64,000 nucleotides of DNA from assembly GCA_951406725.2 (NCBI GenBank), contig OX597823.1, forward strand, positions 57,102,001 through 57,166,000, read 5' to 3'. The DNA is from Octopus vulgaris (taxonomy: Eukaryota). Every line of letters begins with the position of its first letter. Positions within the stretch are counted from its first letter, which is position 1. Made by a program: the position numbers and the translations under genes. This document shows, piece by piece, positions 12,646 to 25,918 of the stretch. The notes beneath the pieces were generated by a model. The model made no database searches and had not been told where the DNA came from. It saw only the letters and a list, made by a program, of their open reading frames with translations.

Positions 12646-14156
12646 CGACTGATAGGCAATATCAACAATTTGAAAATAACTACGGAAACATAATTTCCTC
12701 GGTAATATCGAAATATCGACTACAACCATCACTATCACCGAGCCCTCTTCCCATTAATCATTGAATTAGCCATTTTTAATTAAATTCTTGACTTACTACA
12801 TTAAGTATACCAAATTCTCCTTTCCATAAAGCAGATGTTTATCGGTATTATTCTCCAATCGTTCTTTTATGCCACTGGGAATGGTTGTTGCTGAACGCAT
12901 GAGTCCTTTATAGGAAACCAAGTCTTGTGTCTGTGAGGCCGTTGCCCATCTCATCACGTCACGTTTTGTAACTGTTCGTTTTCTGTCTCATGGATTGCTT
13001 TCTACGTCTTTAACTGATACAACTAACTTACTAATGTTCGAGTCCTTGTCCACCTTATTGCAAATGGGTTGTTATTCATATTGTTGTTCGGTCTCACCGG
13101 AGCATCGATCAAGCGAACAAACCTTAATAAAGACAATCCATGCATAACCATCCCGTCAGTATCTCAGACTGCACAACTACATTATACAATGTGTCCTTTT
13201 GTTAAGATCAAAATAAAGGGGTTGACGGTAATTCGGCTGCTATTTTAGCAAGTTAATTAATAACAGGGTCTCTCTCCTTCCCTCTCTCTCGATATATATA
13301 CACACACACTCTTTCTTTCTTTCTTTCATTCTTTCTCTCACTCTCAATTCCTCTCATTCTCTCTCTCTCTCTCTCTCTCAATTTCTCTCATTCTCTCTCT
13401 CTTTCTCTCGTCCCTTCACTACAAATATGCTTAATAAAATTACAGCTGACACGACCATAAGCAAGGCAAAATTAAACGAATTTCAAGAACTTTGGACTAC
13501 TGTGGAATAGCAACAGATATCTCTTATCAAACTTACCAGCACAAAATACAGTTAACTCAGTGTGATGGCCAGATATGCTAGAAATAGTAGCCATATCTCA
13601 TTCATCACTATCGCGGACTGTGTTAACCCTTTAGCTGCGAAATTAAATTAAATTTGTGTTGCAAGATTCCTGATGAGAAATATACAAATCTATCTTTTAC
13701 TGAGGAATGTTATATCAAAAATCTTAATTTTTTGTGGTGGTGGTGGGGGATATCTCAAATTTATTGAGGAAACATAACTTGCAGAAAATAACAGTTCTGT
13801 TGTTTTGGTAGCTACTTGACATCATTAGTTTTAACGGGTTTTCGCCGCATCTATCAGATTAAATAGCTTATTAAATATCTAAATGAAATTCAGTTGGAGC
13901 GAGCTGATTTTAAAAGAAATTTTTTAAAAAGGAATCCAAAATAAAATACTTATAACTATATTCAGTATATTATATACAGCCTTGACAGTAATGGCTTGAA
14001 ATTAACAATTCATATCCCATAATTCCTTATGAAAACAATCACATTAAGTCGGCCTAATTATTTCTGGTGATTCTCTGATCGTCTCTTCAAACTTATAAAG
14101 GTCATTGAAAGTGAACTGAAACGGAATCTTGATAAGCTAGTCGCATAATATCTAAG

Positions 14157-14211
<55 letters not shown>

Positions 14212-14300
14212 CTGTGTCTGTGTGTGTGTGTATGCATATATATATATACATATATATGTAGATGTGTGTATAGATAGTTTTATATATTCATGTATATATA

Positions 14301-14341
<41 letters not shown>

Positions 14342-14437
14342 TACATATATATGCGCGTGTGTGTGTGTGTGTACGACTAGTCTTTCGTTTGAATGCCCTT
14401 CAGTTATAGCTAATAGACACATACATACAAACTCAGA

Positions 14438-14504
<67 letters not shown>

Positions 14505-14803
14505 CATACCTCACGCACATGTCTTTAGTTAGCGGGAAGTTTGAAGGGCAAAGAGTTTCAAGCCAAAATATTTTAACCTTGATCAGTGCCTCGGCTCAAA
14601 CTTAAGACTGATTTTCATCGCGGGGTCAATAGATAGAGCAATGCTCACAGCCCTTTATAGGGCTTCAGGAATTGCAGTGAATACCGCATGAATTGATCTT
14701 CAAACCGGAAACCTGGTTCGAAAGACGGCAGAAAGATGTGCACCGTCGGAGAGATACACAGAGACCTGATTAAGTTGGGCCATACAATATATATATATAT
14801 ATA

Positions 14804-15293
14804 CTAGCAGTATCGCCCGGCGTTGCTCGGGTTTGTAAGGGAAATAACTATATAAGCATTTTTAGAGAGTTACTTCCCTTATAAATTCGGGCTTTCTTAG
14901 CCATTTTTGTTTTGGTGTCTTCAAGCCATGAAGTCGTTGTTCTAAAAGAACGCTGGTTTCCTTCACAACGCATTACGACGTTGATTTCTTTACACTCCCT
15001 TCCCCACAGCTTCACGAGGGAGGGAAGGGGGAGAAGCAAACAGGTGCAGCTGTGAGCGTGGACGCCAACTCCGCCGCCATCGACATACGATGCATTTTAT
15101 GCATTAAAATGGAATAAAAAATGATGTTAAATTATTTTTAAAATCGTAGACTCATCGTTGACGCGCGCTAATAGTCAGACGGGCTCGATATGAATCACGA
15201 CTATAAGATACCCGAATTTGGTTAAACTGCACCGCAAAATGTGGGAGGAGCTAGGAATCTAAATCGAAGGGGACAGACACTCACACAACTAGA

Positions 15294-15300
<7 letters not shown>
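14804..15300 (-). mobile_element. Non-autonomous Helitron, same family as 11102-11495, with extra internal sequence
   Basis: Identical CTAGCAGTATCGCCCGGCGTTGCTCGGGTTTGTAAGGG terminus and shared ~200-bp opposite end; flanked by (AT)n. Confidence 0.88.
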
Positions 15301-15384
<84 letters not shown>

Positions 15385-15385
15385 G

Positions 15386-15478
<93 letters not shown>
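15299..15478. repeat. (AT)n microsatellite
   Basis: Long AT run. Confidence 0.97.
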
Positions 15479-15480
<2 letters not shown>

Positions 15481-15481
<1 letters not shown>

Positions 15482-15955
15482 GTAATCGTTAAAGCGGACA
15501 ACAAACATTAAGGCAAGGCAAACATCTCAAGTCGTATACAATATTATTCGAAAAGTTGGACAATGAACTTTTATGCTTCTTTTTCCTTCTTTCTCACCAT
15601 CTGCCTATTTTTTAACTTCTTTCGGCTAAGTCGTCATCTCATTAATATATACTATTCTCATTTTCCCTATTTTCCCCATTTGTCTCTGATGACGGAATAT
15701 CCCATATTCTAGGAGATCCCACAAACGGCTGTAAGCCTTTAATTTTTTTTCCAAAATAATATTGTATAAGGCTTGATATGTTTGTCTTGCTTTAACGTTT
15801 GTTGTCCTCTTTAACAATTATATATGCGCTGCATTGGAAATCTGCGATGGCTCCATAACTACCGTCTTGGCTATAACCTTATAGCCCTAATAATCCGTTA
15901 CAGCACTTACCAAGCGGACCTGATCGTTTAGATCACCTTTGAACTAAACCACATA
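15481..15955 (+). mobile_element. Penelope-like non-autonomous element with inverted terminal segment
   Basis: ~75-bp inverted repeat (15481-15555 / 15745-15822); hammerhead relic inside; 15745-15955 matches 48573-48785 in reverse; (AT)n on both sides. Confidence 0.65.
15682..15737 (+). ncRNA. Degenerate type I hammerhead ribozyme motif
   Basis: GTCT-CTGATGA-[imperfect stem II]-CAAA (GAAA mutated)-CGGCT-GTA-AGCC. Confidence 0.5.
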
Positions 15956-16025
15956 CTTTGTGTATATATATATATATATATATATATACCTGTATATACC
16001 TGTATATATATATATATATACATGT

Positions 16026-16336
16026 ACACTGCAACATAATTTCTTTTCCTCAACAGGCCCTGCCCTATTTAACATTGTCCCGAGGGAGATCAAAGAGGAA
16101 AAGGATCCCATCAACTTTAAACGGAGTCTGGATAGATTCCTTCAAAGAATACCAGATAAGCCACCCATAATTGGATACAACTCACCCAACAAGAACTCAC
16201 AACTTGAACAAAATTTCACTTAAACAAAACTTGACTTAAACAGGATTCGAATAATCCTATCAGGTGGTGCTATTAAGTTAGACATGGCCTGGACCAATCT
16301 TTGGTCGAAACATATCTAAGTTTATCTAAGTTTATA
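16026..16336 (+). mobile_element. CR1-group LINE extreme 3' end (second family)
   Basis: HNFFSSTGPALFNIVPREIK...FKRSLDRFLQRIPDKP...GY...NS; 3' stem-loop plus GAAAC; (ATCTAAGTTT)x2 tail. Confidence 0.8.
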
Positions 16337-16559
16337 TTAGAGAGTGATACTGTAAAGAATTATTTAATCATAAACGATGAAAATTGACCACGTCTTTGTC
16401 TTGTGTATAAATTTTCTGTTTGTTGCCTTGTTCGTGCTCTTCTTTAGTTTTTGAAATTTATCAGATATATATATATTTATATATATAGCTGGAATTTACA
16501 AAAAAATGACAAAAGACGAAAACGGGTGTGTAAACAACAAACAGGTGTATTTATATATA

Positions 16560-16750
16560 TGTCTCCATGGTAATTTTTTGTTCCCAACTTTGTCCCTCTA
16601 TAGATCCTAAATTTCTGAAGACTCATATTGTCGTTGAAGGCTAGAAATGAGGAGTAGATAGACAACTGACAACTGATGAAAGGTCCTTTCTCTGTGATAA
16701 CTTGTCCTGTTTTCCATTTTTTCTCGTTGTTTACGTATTTCATGTTATTT
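16560..16750 (+). mobile_element. (TA)n-associated interspersed repeat
   Basis: Reverse-complement homolog of 35940-36152 (shared AAATGAGGAGTAGATAGACA, CCTGTTTTCCATTTT). Confidence 0.7.
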
Positions 16751-17822
16751 GCACTGCAATACTGGTTGCCAGCTAAGTATATTTTTATGTTAGAAAACTG
16801 TTGATAGCTAGCTGGAGCCAAATCAGGAGATTAGGGATGGTGACCAACCAGTTCAAAGCCACAGTTACGCATAGCAACCATTGAAACCAAGTATTTGTGA
16901 GCTGGATCATTGTACTCATGAAACTAGACCCATTTGTCAGGTTTCGTGAGCGTTTGGTCTTGATAGCTTTTTGTAACTGCCTCATAAGTTGGTATAGTAC
17001 TCTTCAATATTGGATTGGCCCTTTTGAAGATAGTCATTAAATACAATGCCTATTGCTTCCCAAAACACTGAGGCCATCACCCTCTCTGCAGATAAAACGA
17101 CTTCGACCTTTGGAGTAGGTGAGGAGGGGTATTTTCAAAGCATGGATTGTCTTTTTCTGTCTTTTTCTCTGCTCAAAGAAATGAAGCCAACACTCGTCCT
17201 GCATTAGGAAAAACTGAAGGAAACCAGTTGAATCTGTGTGATGTGATCAGGTTGGTGCACTCTTGATCAAGTATCAGAAGATGTGGCAGCCACCGAGTAG
17301 AAAGATTCGTCATGCCAAGTCCATAGTGCAGAATATGTTCAGTTCTCTCACGAGATATTCTAATAGCATTGGCTATTTGATTGTAGCCTGTCATCCATCA
17401 GCATGTGGGGAACATGATCAATGTTTTCCTCAGCGGTGGTAGTTGTAGGACGTCATCTTGCATCCCTCGGGTCATCTTCAAGATTCTCCCTTCCTCTCCC
17501 AAATTCAGCAACACACATTTGCACTGTTGATGGCAGATGGAGTATCTACCCCTAATGTACCCACCATGTCGGCATGAACGTGCTTGGTGGCTAAACCATT
17601 TTTCTAATGGTACATGATACCACATAGATCCCAAATTTCGTCCATTTTCAAGAGAAGTCACTACTAGTTACTTCTGAAGTTTTGCTTGAAGAGTGAGATG
17701 TCAGTTTACCTGGAAGTAAGCAATACAGTTATTAATACGAAAGACTGAAATTAATGCATACAAGATTTCACGCCTCTAGTGTCAGTCCTTCATAGCTAAC
17801 CTATGAACTTTTCAGCCCACAC
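16750..17822 (-). mobile_element. Decayed mariner transposon
   Basis: IANAIRISRERTEHILHYGLGMTNLSTRWLPHLL (WVPREL-like), QDECW, RQLQKAIKTKR, LAPA.Y...LAGNQY; TIR-like AACTTTTCAGC near 17806. Confidence 0.85.
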
Positions 17823-18119
17823 TAATATTTGTGTTATATATATCATTATATATATTTATATATAATTATATAACTACATGTAGAAATACATGTAGCGTGC
17901 GCGTGTATACATGCATACACATATACATTAGCACGCACATATTTATAGATCAGAGAGAGAGAGAGAGAGGGGGTGAGGGGAAGGAGGGAGAGAATATGAT
18001 TATAGAAAAACATATTTGTAAATATGAAATTAATTTACAGATGTAACTACATTTATTTTTTTTAGCTTTCATTAGGTGTTTTATTAATTTTCACTAATTA
18101 ATAACTGATAATTATGCGA

Positions 18120-18560
18120 CTGCCATTTTCTATATTTCGTTGCTCGCTATGAATAAAATGAAAAGAGCTGACACGGATCTGATTATGTTTCTTATGATCA
18201 GCACACAAATTTGCCTTCCTCACCAGTAAACGCCTTGATAATAACATTATGATAAGCTCATCTTCCATTTGCTTGTTGTTTGTTAAATATTCCATCACGC
18301 CATGTTGTTTGTGTTTGGAAGGTAATAAGCTAAATTCAAGTTTGTCGCTGGTAGAATAATACTCAATGCAACTCCAGGAGGTATCTTTCATACCGTAACG
18401 ACACAGTTTGAATAGATTTCCTCGCGTGTCTTGCCAAATAATACCTTATGCTCCATACAGTTGATTGCATTTGGTTAGGAGTAGCCGGAGAATTGTCTTT
18501 AAGCTTTAAACACGCCATATCATTAAGATATCACGGATGTATATGACTTCCGGTTTTGTT
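18120..18560 (-). pseudogene. Possible highly decayed Crypton-like tyrosine recombinase fragment
   Basis: PNQMQSTVWSIRYYLARHARKSI and MLLSRRL..KANL....KHNQIRVSS resemble Crypton LQ..VWF...Y..RRGRE and NH.IR.S motifs; frameshifted. Confidence 0.3.
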
Positions 18561-19251
18561 TCATAAAGTGTCAAAACCTGTTCCATGATGAAAAGGGTGA
18601 AAAGAAGAGAATATTAGGCTTCAGCTTTCCGTATTGTATTATCAAAAGCTCGCATGAAATAACAGCCTGCTTTAAACAAAAGCCTTTTGTATATCGACTT
18701 TAAATATAGTTGTTGATAATATATTGTTGATAATAACCCTTCAGATAACATTCATTATTAGCCGACCTTTCCCAAACAAACAAGGCTGTAGCACATTATG
18801 AAATCCCATTTATAATATTTAATTCTAACTAATTAACGATATTGTATATTTTGTTAATTCTAAATATACCATACAGCAGATCCACGGAGAGAAGGATAAT
18901 TCTGGGAGCTTCATACGATATTTACTTTACAATATCCGCTGAATACATATAACTCACAGCACAAATAAAGCAAAACTACGCCCAAAAGTTACCTAGAGAA
19001 CTTGAGACACTAAGTATTTGTAAATAAACAATATACTCTTTACCATATATTGAGCAGACTCTTTCACTCTTATTTAAAGGATATAACATTAGAATATATT
19101 AAGAAGTATCAGAGAATCGAATGCTATTCAGAAAACGATAAGCAGACTGAATGGCACACAATTAAATGCTCTCAAATTTTATCAAAAAATATCCCAAATT
19201 TACTCGAAAAATCGCAGTAGCCAGAAGCTGAATTTCCACAAGACAGTTCGA

Positions 19252-19384
<133 letters not shown>

Positions 19385-19599
19385 GGACAGACATACGCAA
19401 GTCAAATGGGCTCCAAGTAAGTTGGTCATTTTGTACGTTCAAAAGTGTTTATTGTAAAATATTTTGTGTTTAAAAGTTGTGCAACAACATCCACTGCAAA
19501 CCTTGACTAATATCTACACAAAATTTCGCCCTTTGTGGGCAAAATTTAAAAAGTTTTTGTAGGCCTCATGTTGTATTTTAGCCATTTTTATTTTCAAAA

Positions 19600-21744
19600 A
19601 TGGCTACTGGTCACCACGAGGCTGAGGCGCAACTGAAGCGTGATGCCAAAACAAAAAGCAGGATCCCCTGTCACCATGCGCTGAACTTGACTGTGTGAAC
19701 ACTACTTACACCACCACCACCACCACCATCAGCATCGACAACAGCAACAACTACAAAACAAAGGTCGTAAGGCCAAGCACCGTCACCGCCACCAATGATT
19801 CCACCATCAACACCGACACCACCACCATGGCAGCTTCTGCTACTACAACTGCTAACGACATCACTACCAACAACAATAACAATATCAAGATCACCAGACC
19901 AATCACCATCACCGCCACCAAAGACCGTGCCGTCAACACCAATGCCGCCACTACAATATCTGCTACTACGACTGCCTCCCTTGCTACTAATACCACCGCC
20001 GTCACCAAGAACGACAATAACAACAACAACAACAACAATTCCCTTCAGCCATTGTTCCCTCCATCACCAACAAGTGAAGGAGAGAAAGAAATAACCGCGA
20101 CCATCAAACCAGTTGCCGAAGTTTGCGCTAACGCAGGGGCAAATTATACAGACAATTTTCCACCCCTTGCTAGTGGCATAATCAGCAACCATAAACCTAA
20201 TATACCCACAACCCACACCCCTGCCATCAACACCAACACCACCAGCAGTAACAACAATAACAAAACAACAACAAACTTCGCCGAAGCGATAAAAGAAAAA
20301 AAACAATAGTATCGTTTACTGCACAGCAGATAAAAGACTCCAGAGCCCTAATCACCAAAGAAAACGGCAATACCACAACACATACTGAATGAGGAAAAAA
20401 AGAAAACGATTATTTATGAAATAACAAACAACACAACTAAAAGTCCAGAAAAAGCAAACACGGACAAAATAGAAAAATGCCTACGCCTCATCTGGGGATA
20501 CGAGGAGTATGTGACTTGGTCGAACAAGTTTGCCCACGTACAGGTTGTTTTTCAGAATGAAGAGTTGGCAAAGCAATTCTCAACGCTAACTCTTCATTCA
20601 GATGAGCTAACAATGACACCCAGTTACCTTGGCCAGAGGGTAACAAAGGTCATTATTAATAATGTCCCGCAAATAACAAACACACTATGGATAACATCCG
20701 CCATATGCGTCGAAATGGAGGACATAAACATCCTGGAAATCGCTGTTTCGAAACACAAGGACTGGGTGGGAAAGAGACTGGAGATTCTCCTCCACATAAG
20801 CCAAGACGACATTAACAAAATTCCCACCCACGTACATCTTGCGGATGACCGCAAGTTGTATGTAGTAGTCGAGGGCAGAAGGCCACGCTGCTATACATGC
20901 GGCAGTGAAACACCTCAAAAAGGAGTGCAAATCTGCCTCGAAACAACGACAACAACAACATCAGCCGCAGGAAAAACCACAAAAGCCAGCATTATTGCCC
21001 ACACCACAGTATGGACGGCTAATCAAGAAGCTATATGCAGAAATGCATGAAAAGCAACAAAGAACGGACCAACCCAACCAAACAACACCACCACCTGCGC
21101 CAAGAACAGAATCATCACCACCAACAACAATTAAGCCAATTCCAACACCGAGAACAACAACGAAGAAGACAAGCACCAAGGATGTAGGAGAGACAAACCC
21201 CCCAGCAACACCCCCCGCACACCACAACAATATATACAACCGCACAAACAGACCCATATGCTTTGCCCTTATCCCCTTCTGATTCGTCAGACTTTTCATC
21301 TAACGATGAAAGTTCGACAGAATGGCAAATAGCCACCGGGGGTAAAAGAAAAAGAAAAAAACAAACAAACAAGAAAACGCAACCAAAGCAGGGAGATACC
21401 TGAACCCTGAAAGCTCCATACACAACCAAACAAGCACCAACACCACAAAAACACACACAATGCTATCAGCGATAGACACCAAAGACTCCAAACTAATGGA
21501 GTACATCACAGCCCATACAAACATCTGTGAAGATGACTTCAAATCTAACAACCATCCACGCACTACACCACCCAAACACATCAAAATACTACACATCACA
21601 CAAACACAACACCACACACTCAAAGCCCTCTTTTCAAATGCGTTTGTGGGGTTCCAAAAATATCTTTTGAAAAAACTCTATAAAAACCTCCACCAAGACA
21701 CATCAAAGGACGGGGAAGCCAAAACTTTCGACACAAGTAAGTAA
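19600..21744 (+). pseudogene. Tx1 ORF1 (gag-like), frameshifted
   Basis: ATG at 19600; Thr/Asn-rich N-terminus; GRRPRCYTCGS/KHLKKEC CCHC knuckle split by a frameshift near 20905; basic GGKRKRKK stretch. Confidence 0.8.
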
Positions 21745-21789
21745 CTCTCTGTACCTTCCTTTTTGTGCTTTAAAGCACACACCCCAATA

Positions 21790-24700
21790 GAATCATGGTC
21801 AAGATTGGTTGTCTTCTTGGAAACAAGGATACCTCCTAAATGACATCAAATCACACGATTTGGGAATCATAGCCATAAGTGAGACCAGACTCCGCGAGCC
21901 ACGGGCTCTAAAGTCCATGTTTGGCGGACAGTTTAACATTTATTTTGCTCCCTGTCTGCCGAGGATGGGCGGTAGTAGCACCGCGGTACTTTTTCACAAG
22001 AGCCTGGATCTCGAAGTCAAGACGATATTCGTAGACCCGGAGGGTAGACTGGTCGTTCTGGATGTCGACGGCAGCAATATGTGCGCTTTTCGACTCGTAT
22101 CAGTCTACGCACCGCCTTTAACAGGTCGGCCGGATTTCTTTCGACGTCTAGAAGTATTCCTGGGAACGTCTCGTCCTTTACTTTTAGTGGGGGAATGGAA
22201 TGCTACCTTGGACACGCATCTAGACTATGTGGGGAGAGACAAAAATAGAAGGGGATGCAAATGCCTCAGAGACCTTCTCAGACGATTTCAACTGTCTGAC
22301 AGGTACCGACTCGACCACCCAAATGCACCAACGTGGACATGGAGCAACCGCAGTGGGTCGTCGAGATCGTATCTAGATAGGATACTGTGTAGGACAGTAG
22401 ACAGGGATAACTTAGGATGTCCACAATTCCACACAGTCAGCTACACGGATCACAAATTCGTGACGTGTACGCTAGACTCAGATAAGGCACATAGACAGGG
22501 TCCCGGTTACTGGAAACTGAACGCATCTTTCCCGTCCAGACAGGTTTTCAGAGACAGAATCAACACGTTAGGAAAAAGGGCTTTAACGGGAGCCATTGTC
22601 AACAACAAATGGTGGTTCGCCCTCAAGAGGGTAGTAAAAGTGAAAGCAATAAGATATAGCAAGGCACTAGCCGTAGATAGAAATAGAGTGGAGGGTGAGT
22701 TAGATAAGAAGTTAGAAGAGGCAATAAGAAGCGACATCACATCCGACGTTTTAGCGGCGAGGTTGGCTCTTGACCAACACTTCAACGCCAAACACGAAGG
22801 GTGTGCTGTCAGGGCTAGGATGCGTGCTCTAAGAATGGAAGGTGTTGGAGCCGCGAGGGAGGCTCGGGTGGTGGAGGCGCAGCAGGGCAACAAAGCCACC
22901 ATTCGGTCTCTGGTAGATGGACAAGGGCGCGAATTGCTCGAGCCCAGCAAGATGTGCGAGACATTTCAGCGGCACTTTGCCTGACTGTTCGGGACGACTG
23001 GCGAGCGTGAACGCAGGGTGGACTTCAGTGCTTACCTTCACAGCCTACCACGACTCTCGCCAAGAGAGGCAGAGTGCTGCGAAGGTGCCATCACGGCGGC
23101 GGATGTGTGGGACGCGATGGCAGATTGCTCGAGAGACAAATCGCCGGGTTTGGATGATCTGCCCTACGAGTTTTACAATTGTATGCCAGACTTGTTTGGA
23201 GACGTCTTGGCAGCGGTATACTGCAACTGGCAGTAAAACGGGAGCATACCCGGTTTTGTGAGTCGAGGAGCCGTAACGCTGCTGAAGAAAGATCCAAACA
23301 AGGGGAACATTATAGAAAACTTTAGACCAATCACTCTGCTCAATGCAGACCTGAAAATTTTGACCAAGGTGTGAGCCAAGAGGTTGGCGCTTGTCATCGA
23401 GAAACTGGTCGACAAGGCACAAACGTGCGCCGTGCCGGGCCGGAGCATCCATGACAACCTCCATCTGATGCGCTACATCATAGACAGAGTAGTTAAGGAA
23501 CCTGGCATGGGTGGGGCCCTGATCAACTTGGATCAATCGAAAGCCTTCGATAAGGTAGACCATCGATACTTGGAGGCAGTCCTGAGAGCGGCTGGTTTCG
23601 GTCCCGTCTTCCGCGGCTGGATAGATGCCTAGGCATCCGTTCGGTAATTCGCGTAAATGGACATCTATCGAGACCTTTCGACATTGCACGTTCGGTCCGT
23701 CAGGGATGCCCCCTCTCGGCGCTTCTATACGTATTGACTCTCGAGCCACTATTGCGGAAGCTGGCGACTCTGAGGAGCATCCCGCGAGAATTGGGATGCG
23801 GGACGAGCGTGTCTGCATACGCGGACGACGTCATAGTGTCATAGTGTCATAGTGTCAAGCCACGAGCACATCGAGCTGGTCGGCGAGTCACTGAAAGACT
23901 ACGAAGCGGTGACAGGAGCAAAATCAACCGGGAAAAGTCAGTGGGCTTGCGGCTCGGCACCTGGAGAAGCAAGCCCATGCCGTCCACCAGTACCTCCGTC
24001 GTGGGACGCTGGACGGACGGCCCGGTTGAGTTGCTCGGGGTCTGGTTCGGTCCGGACCTCCAAATGGAGAAGAACTGGAACGAGATAACGAGTAGGGTGG
24101 TTACTCTCGCCCGGCAATGGGCCGAGAGGAAACTGTCCCTAAAAGGTCGGGCGGAGGTGGAGAACACGTACATCGCGTCCATCATCTACTACCGCCTGAC
24201 CGTCGTACCTTGTCCCGACCCTACCATCACCAAATTAGAACGCATTCTCTTCCGCTTCTTGTGGAAAGGATGCGTCCCGATGGTCAGGCGATCCATTTGC
24301 CGTCAACACCCGTTAAAAGGAGGGCTGGGCATGCCGTGGTTGATGATACGCAGACACGCGCTGAGACTGCGACATCTCCGGCTCTATGTAGACGACGGTG
24401 AACAGGTGTGGTCGCCGTTTGTGAGGCACGCGTTCCCGCAGCTCGTCTCCATGACCGAACTGTAGTCGTGGATCAAAAAGAGGCCAAGGAAGGGCGAATG
24501 GCACCGCGAGTGTCGCGTTGCTCTGAAGCAACTCTGCCGCCCCGGGTCGACCTTGAGTGACTTCAACACAACCAAAGCATTCTATAGGGGATTAGTGGAG
24601 GGGAGGTACGACGACGATCTTGGGGCAAACCTGAGCGTCGACGAGGAATACCTGACCCGCCTGTTTGAAACGACTTTCGGGCCGGGACCTATGGACAACT

Positions 24701-25212
24701 TCCAGAGATCCCTGGCTTGGCAGTGCTACCGAGAAGCGCTACCCGTTCGGGATAAGCTCTATAGGCATGGCTCGAGAAACACGGGGCCGACCTGCCCGAG
24801 TTGCGGGCAGAGCGACGAAACCGTTCTGCACGCAATCGTGCAGTGTCCAACAATCTCCGACCTGTGGGCTTATGTCGAACGACTGCTGTCACGTGTGGGA
24901 CGTGTCGGTTTATCAGCCGAGTCTATCGGCAATATCGTCACGCCTCCTTCCTTCAAACGGGAAGGAAGAGCTATTTTTATCATACTTGTGGCTATGGCAA
25001 AAGAATGTATCTGGTGGACGCGCCTGAAAGGATTAGAGACAAACAATTTCCTCTCTGGTCAATCTCTCATCAACTTCTTCTCGTATCACTTGAAGAGGAA
25101 AGTGAGAGTAGAGAGGCAAGTGCTGTCTAGTGAACGTTTTAAAAAAAGATGGGTGAATGTAGCAGGGATGGCACGTATGAATGACGAAGCCACCTTGACT
25201 ATGATTCTATGA
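21790..25212 (+). pseudogene. Tx1 ORF2: APE endonuclease, reverse transcriptase, zinc finger; disrupted
   Basis: SETR, VYAP, GEWNA, SYLDR, TDH; KSPGLD, FRPITLLNADLKIL, LDQSKAFD, SVRQGCPLS, YADD (23818-23829); CPSCGQSDETVLHAIVQC; stops at 22982, 23234, 24463 plus frameshifts. Confidence 0.95.
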
Positions 25213-25563
25213 ACCGTAAAAATTAATACAGAGAGTTGCTTATTTGTAAAAAAAATATAACATGTGACTTCATTGACCGAAGTTACCGTGGTCTTTTCTG
25301 TAGGCTTTTCTTTCCACGGGTAAACCTCACCTGTCCTCCCCTTTACACTTCATATTGACATTTCTGTGACAACGATCCCCATTGATCAATTTCTTTCCTC
25401 CTCCCCTTTTTAAATTTTATCCCCCCTTTTTTTTGTCCTCTTTCTTTCCTTTTACGATCCCTTTTGATCGAAAACCAAACCCCCTTTTTTACCCCCAAAA
25501 GAAAAGTTCTAATTTGTAATTTGTCCTGTCTGTGTGCAGTCCTATGTGGCTAATAAAGAAACA

Positions 25564-25632
<69 letters not shown>

Positions 25633-25685
25633 GTCTGTCTATCTATCTGTCTATCTCTCTCTCTATCTCTCTATCTCTCTCTCTA

Positions 25686-25756
<71 letters not shown>

Positions 25757-25761
25757 GTCTA

Positions 25762-25792
<31 letters not shown>

Positions 25793-25883
25793 GTCTATCT
25801 GTCTGTCTGTCTGTCTGTCTGTCTTTCTTTCTGTCTGTCTGTCTGTCCGTCTGTCTATCTGTCTGTATGTCTATGTATCTCTT

Positions 25884-25918
<35 letters not shown>

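Larger units (their letters stand above)
19385..25563 (+). mobile_element. Near full-length Tx1-clade (L1 group) LINE, about 6.2 kb, decayed
   Basis: 5' UTR, ORF1 with zinc knuckle, ORF2 APE-RT-zinc finger, pyrimidine-rich 3' UTR ending AATAAAGAAA; (ATCT)n on both sides. Confidence 0.93.

Noticed and set aside
16640-16690. GAAA...CTGATGA arrangement (also GAAA...CTGAGGA near 61029-61062) as a permuted hammerhead
   Set aside because: The intervening ~25 nt cannot form stems I and III, and stem II pairing is poor.
23045-23818. 257-aa minus-strand ORF and other antisense ORFs in the LINE
   Set aside because: Shadow frames of the GC-rich Tx1 ORF2.
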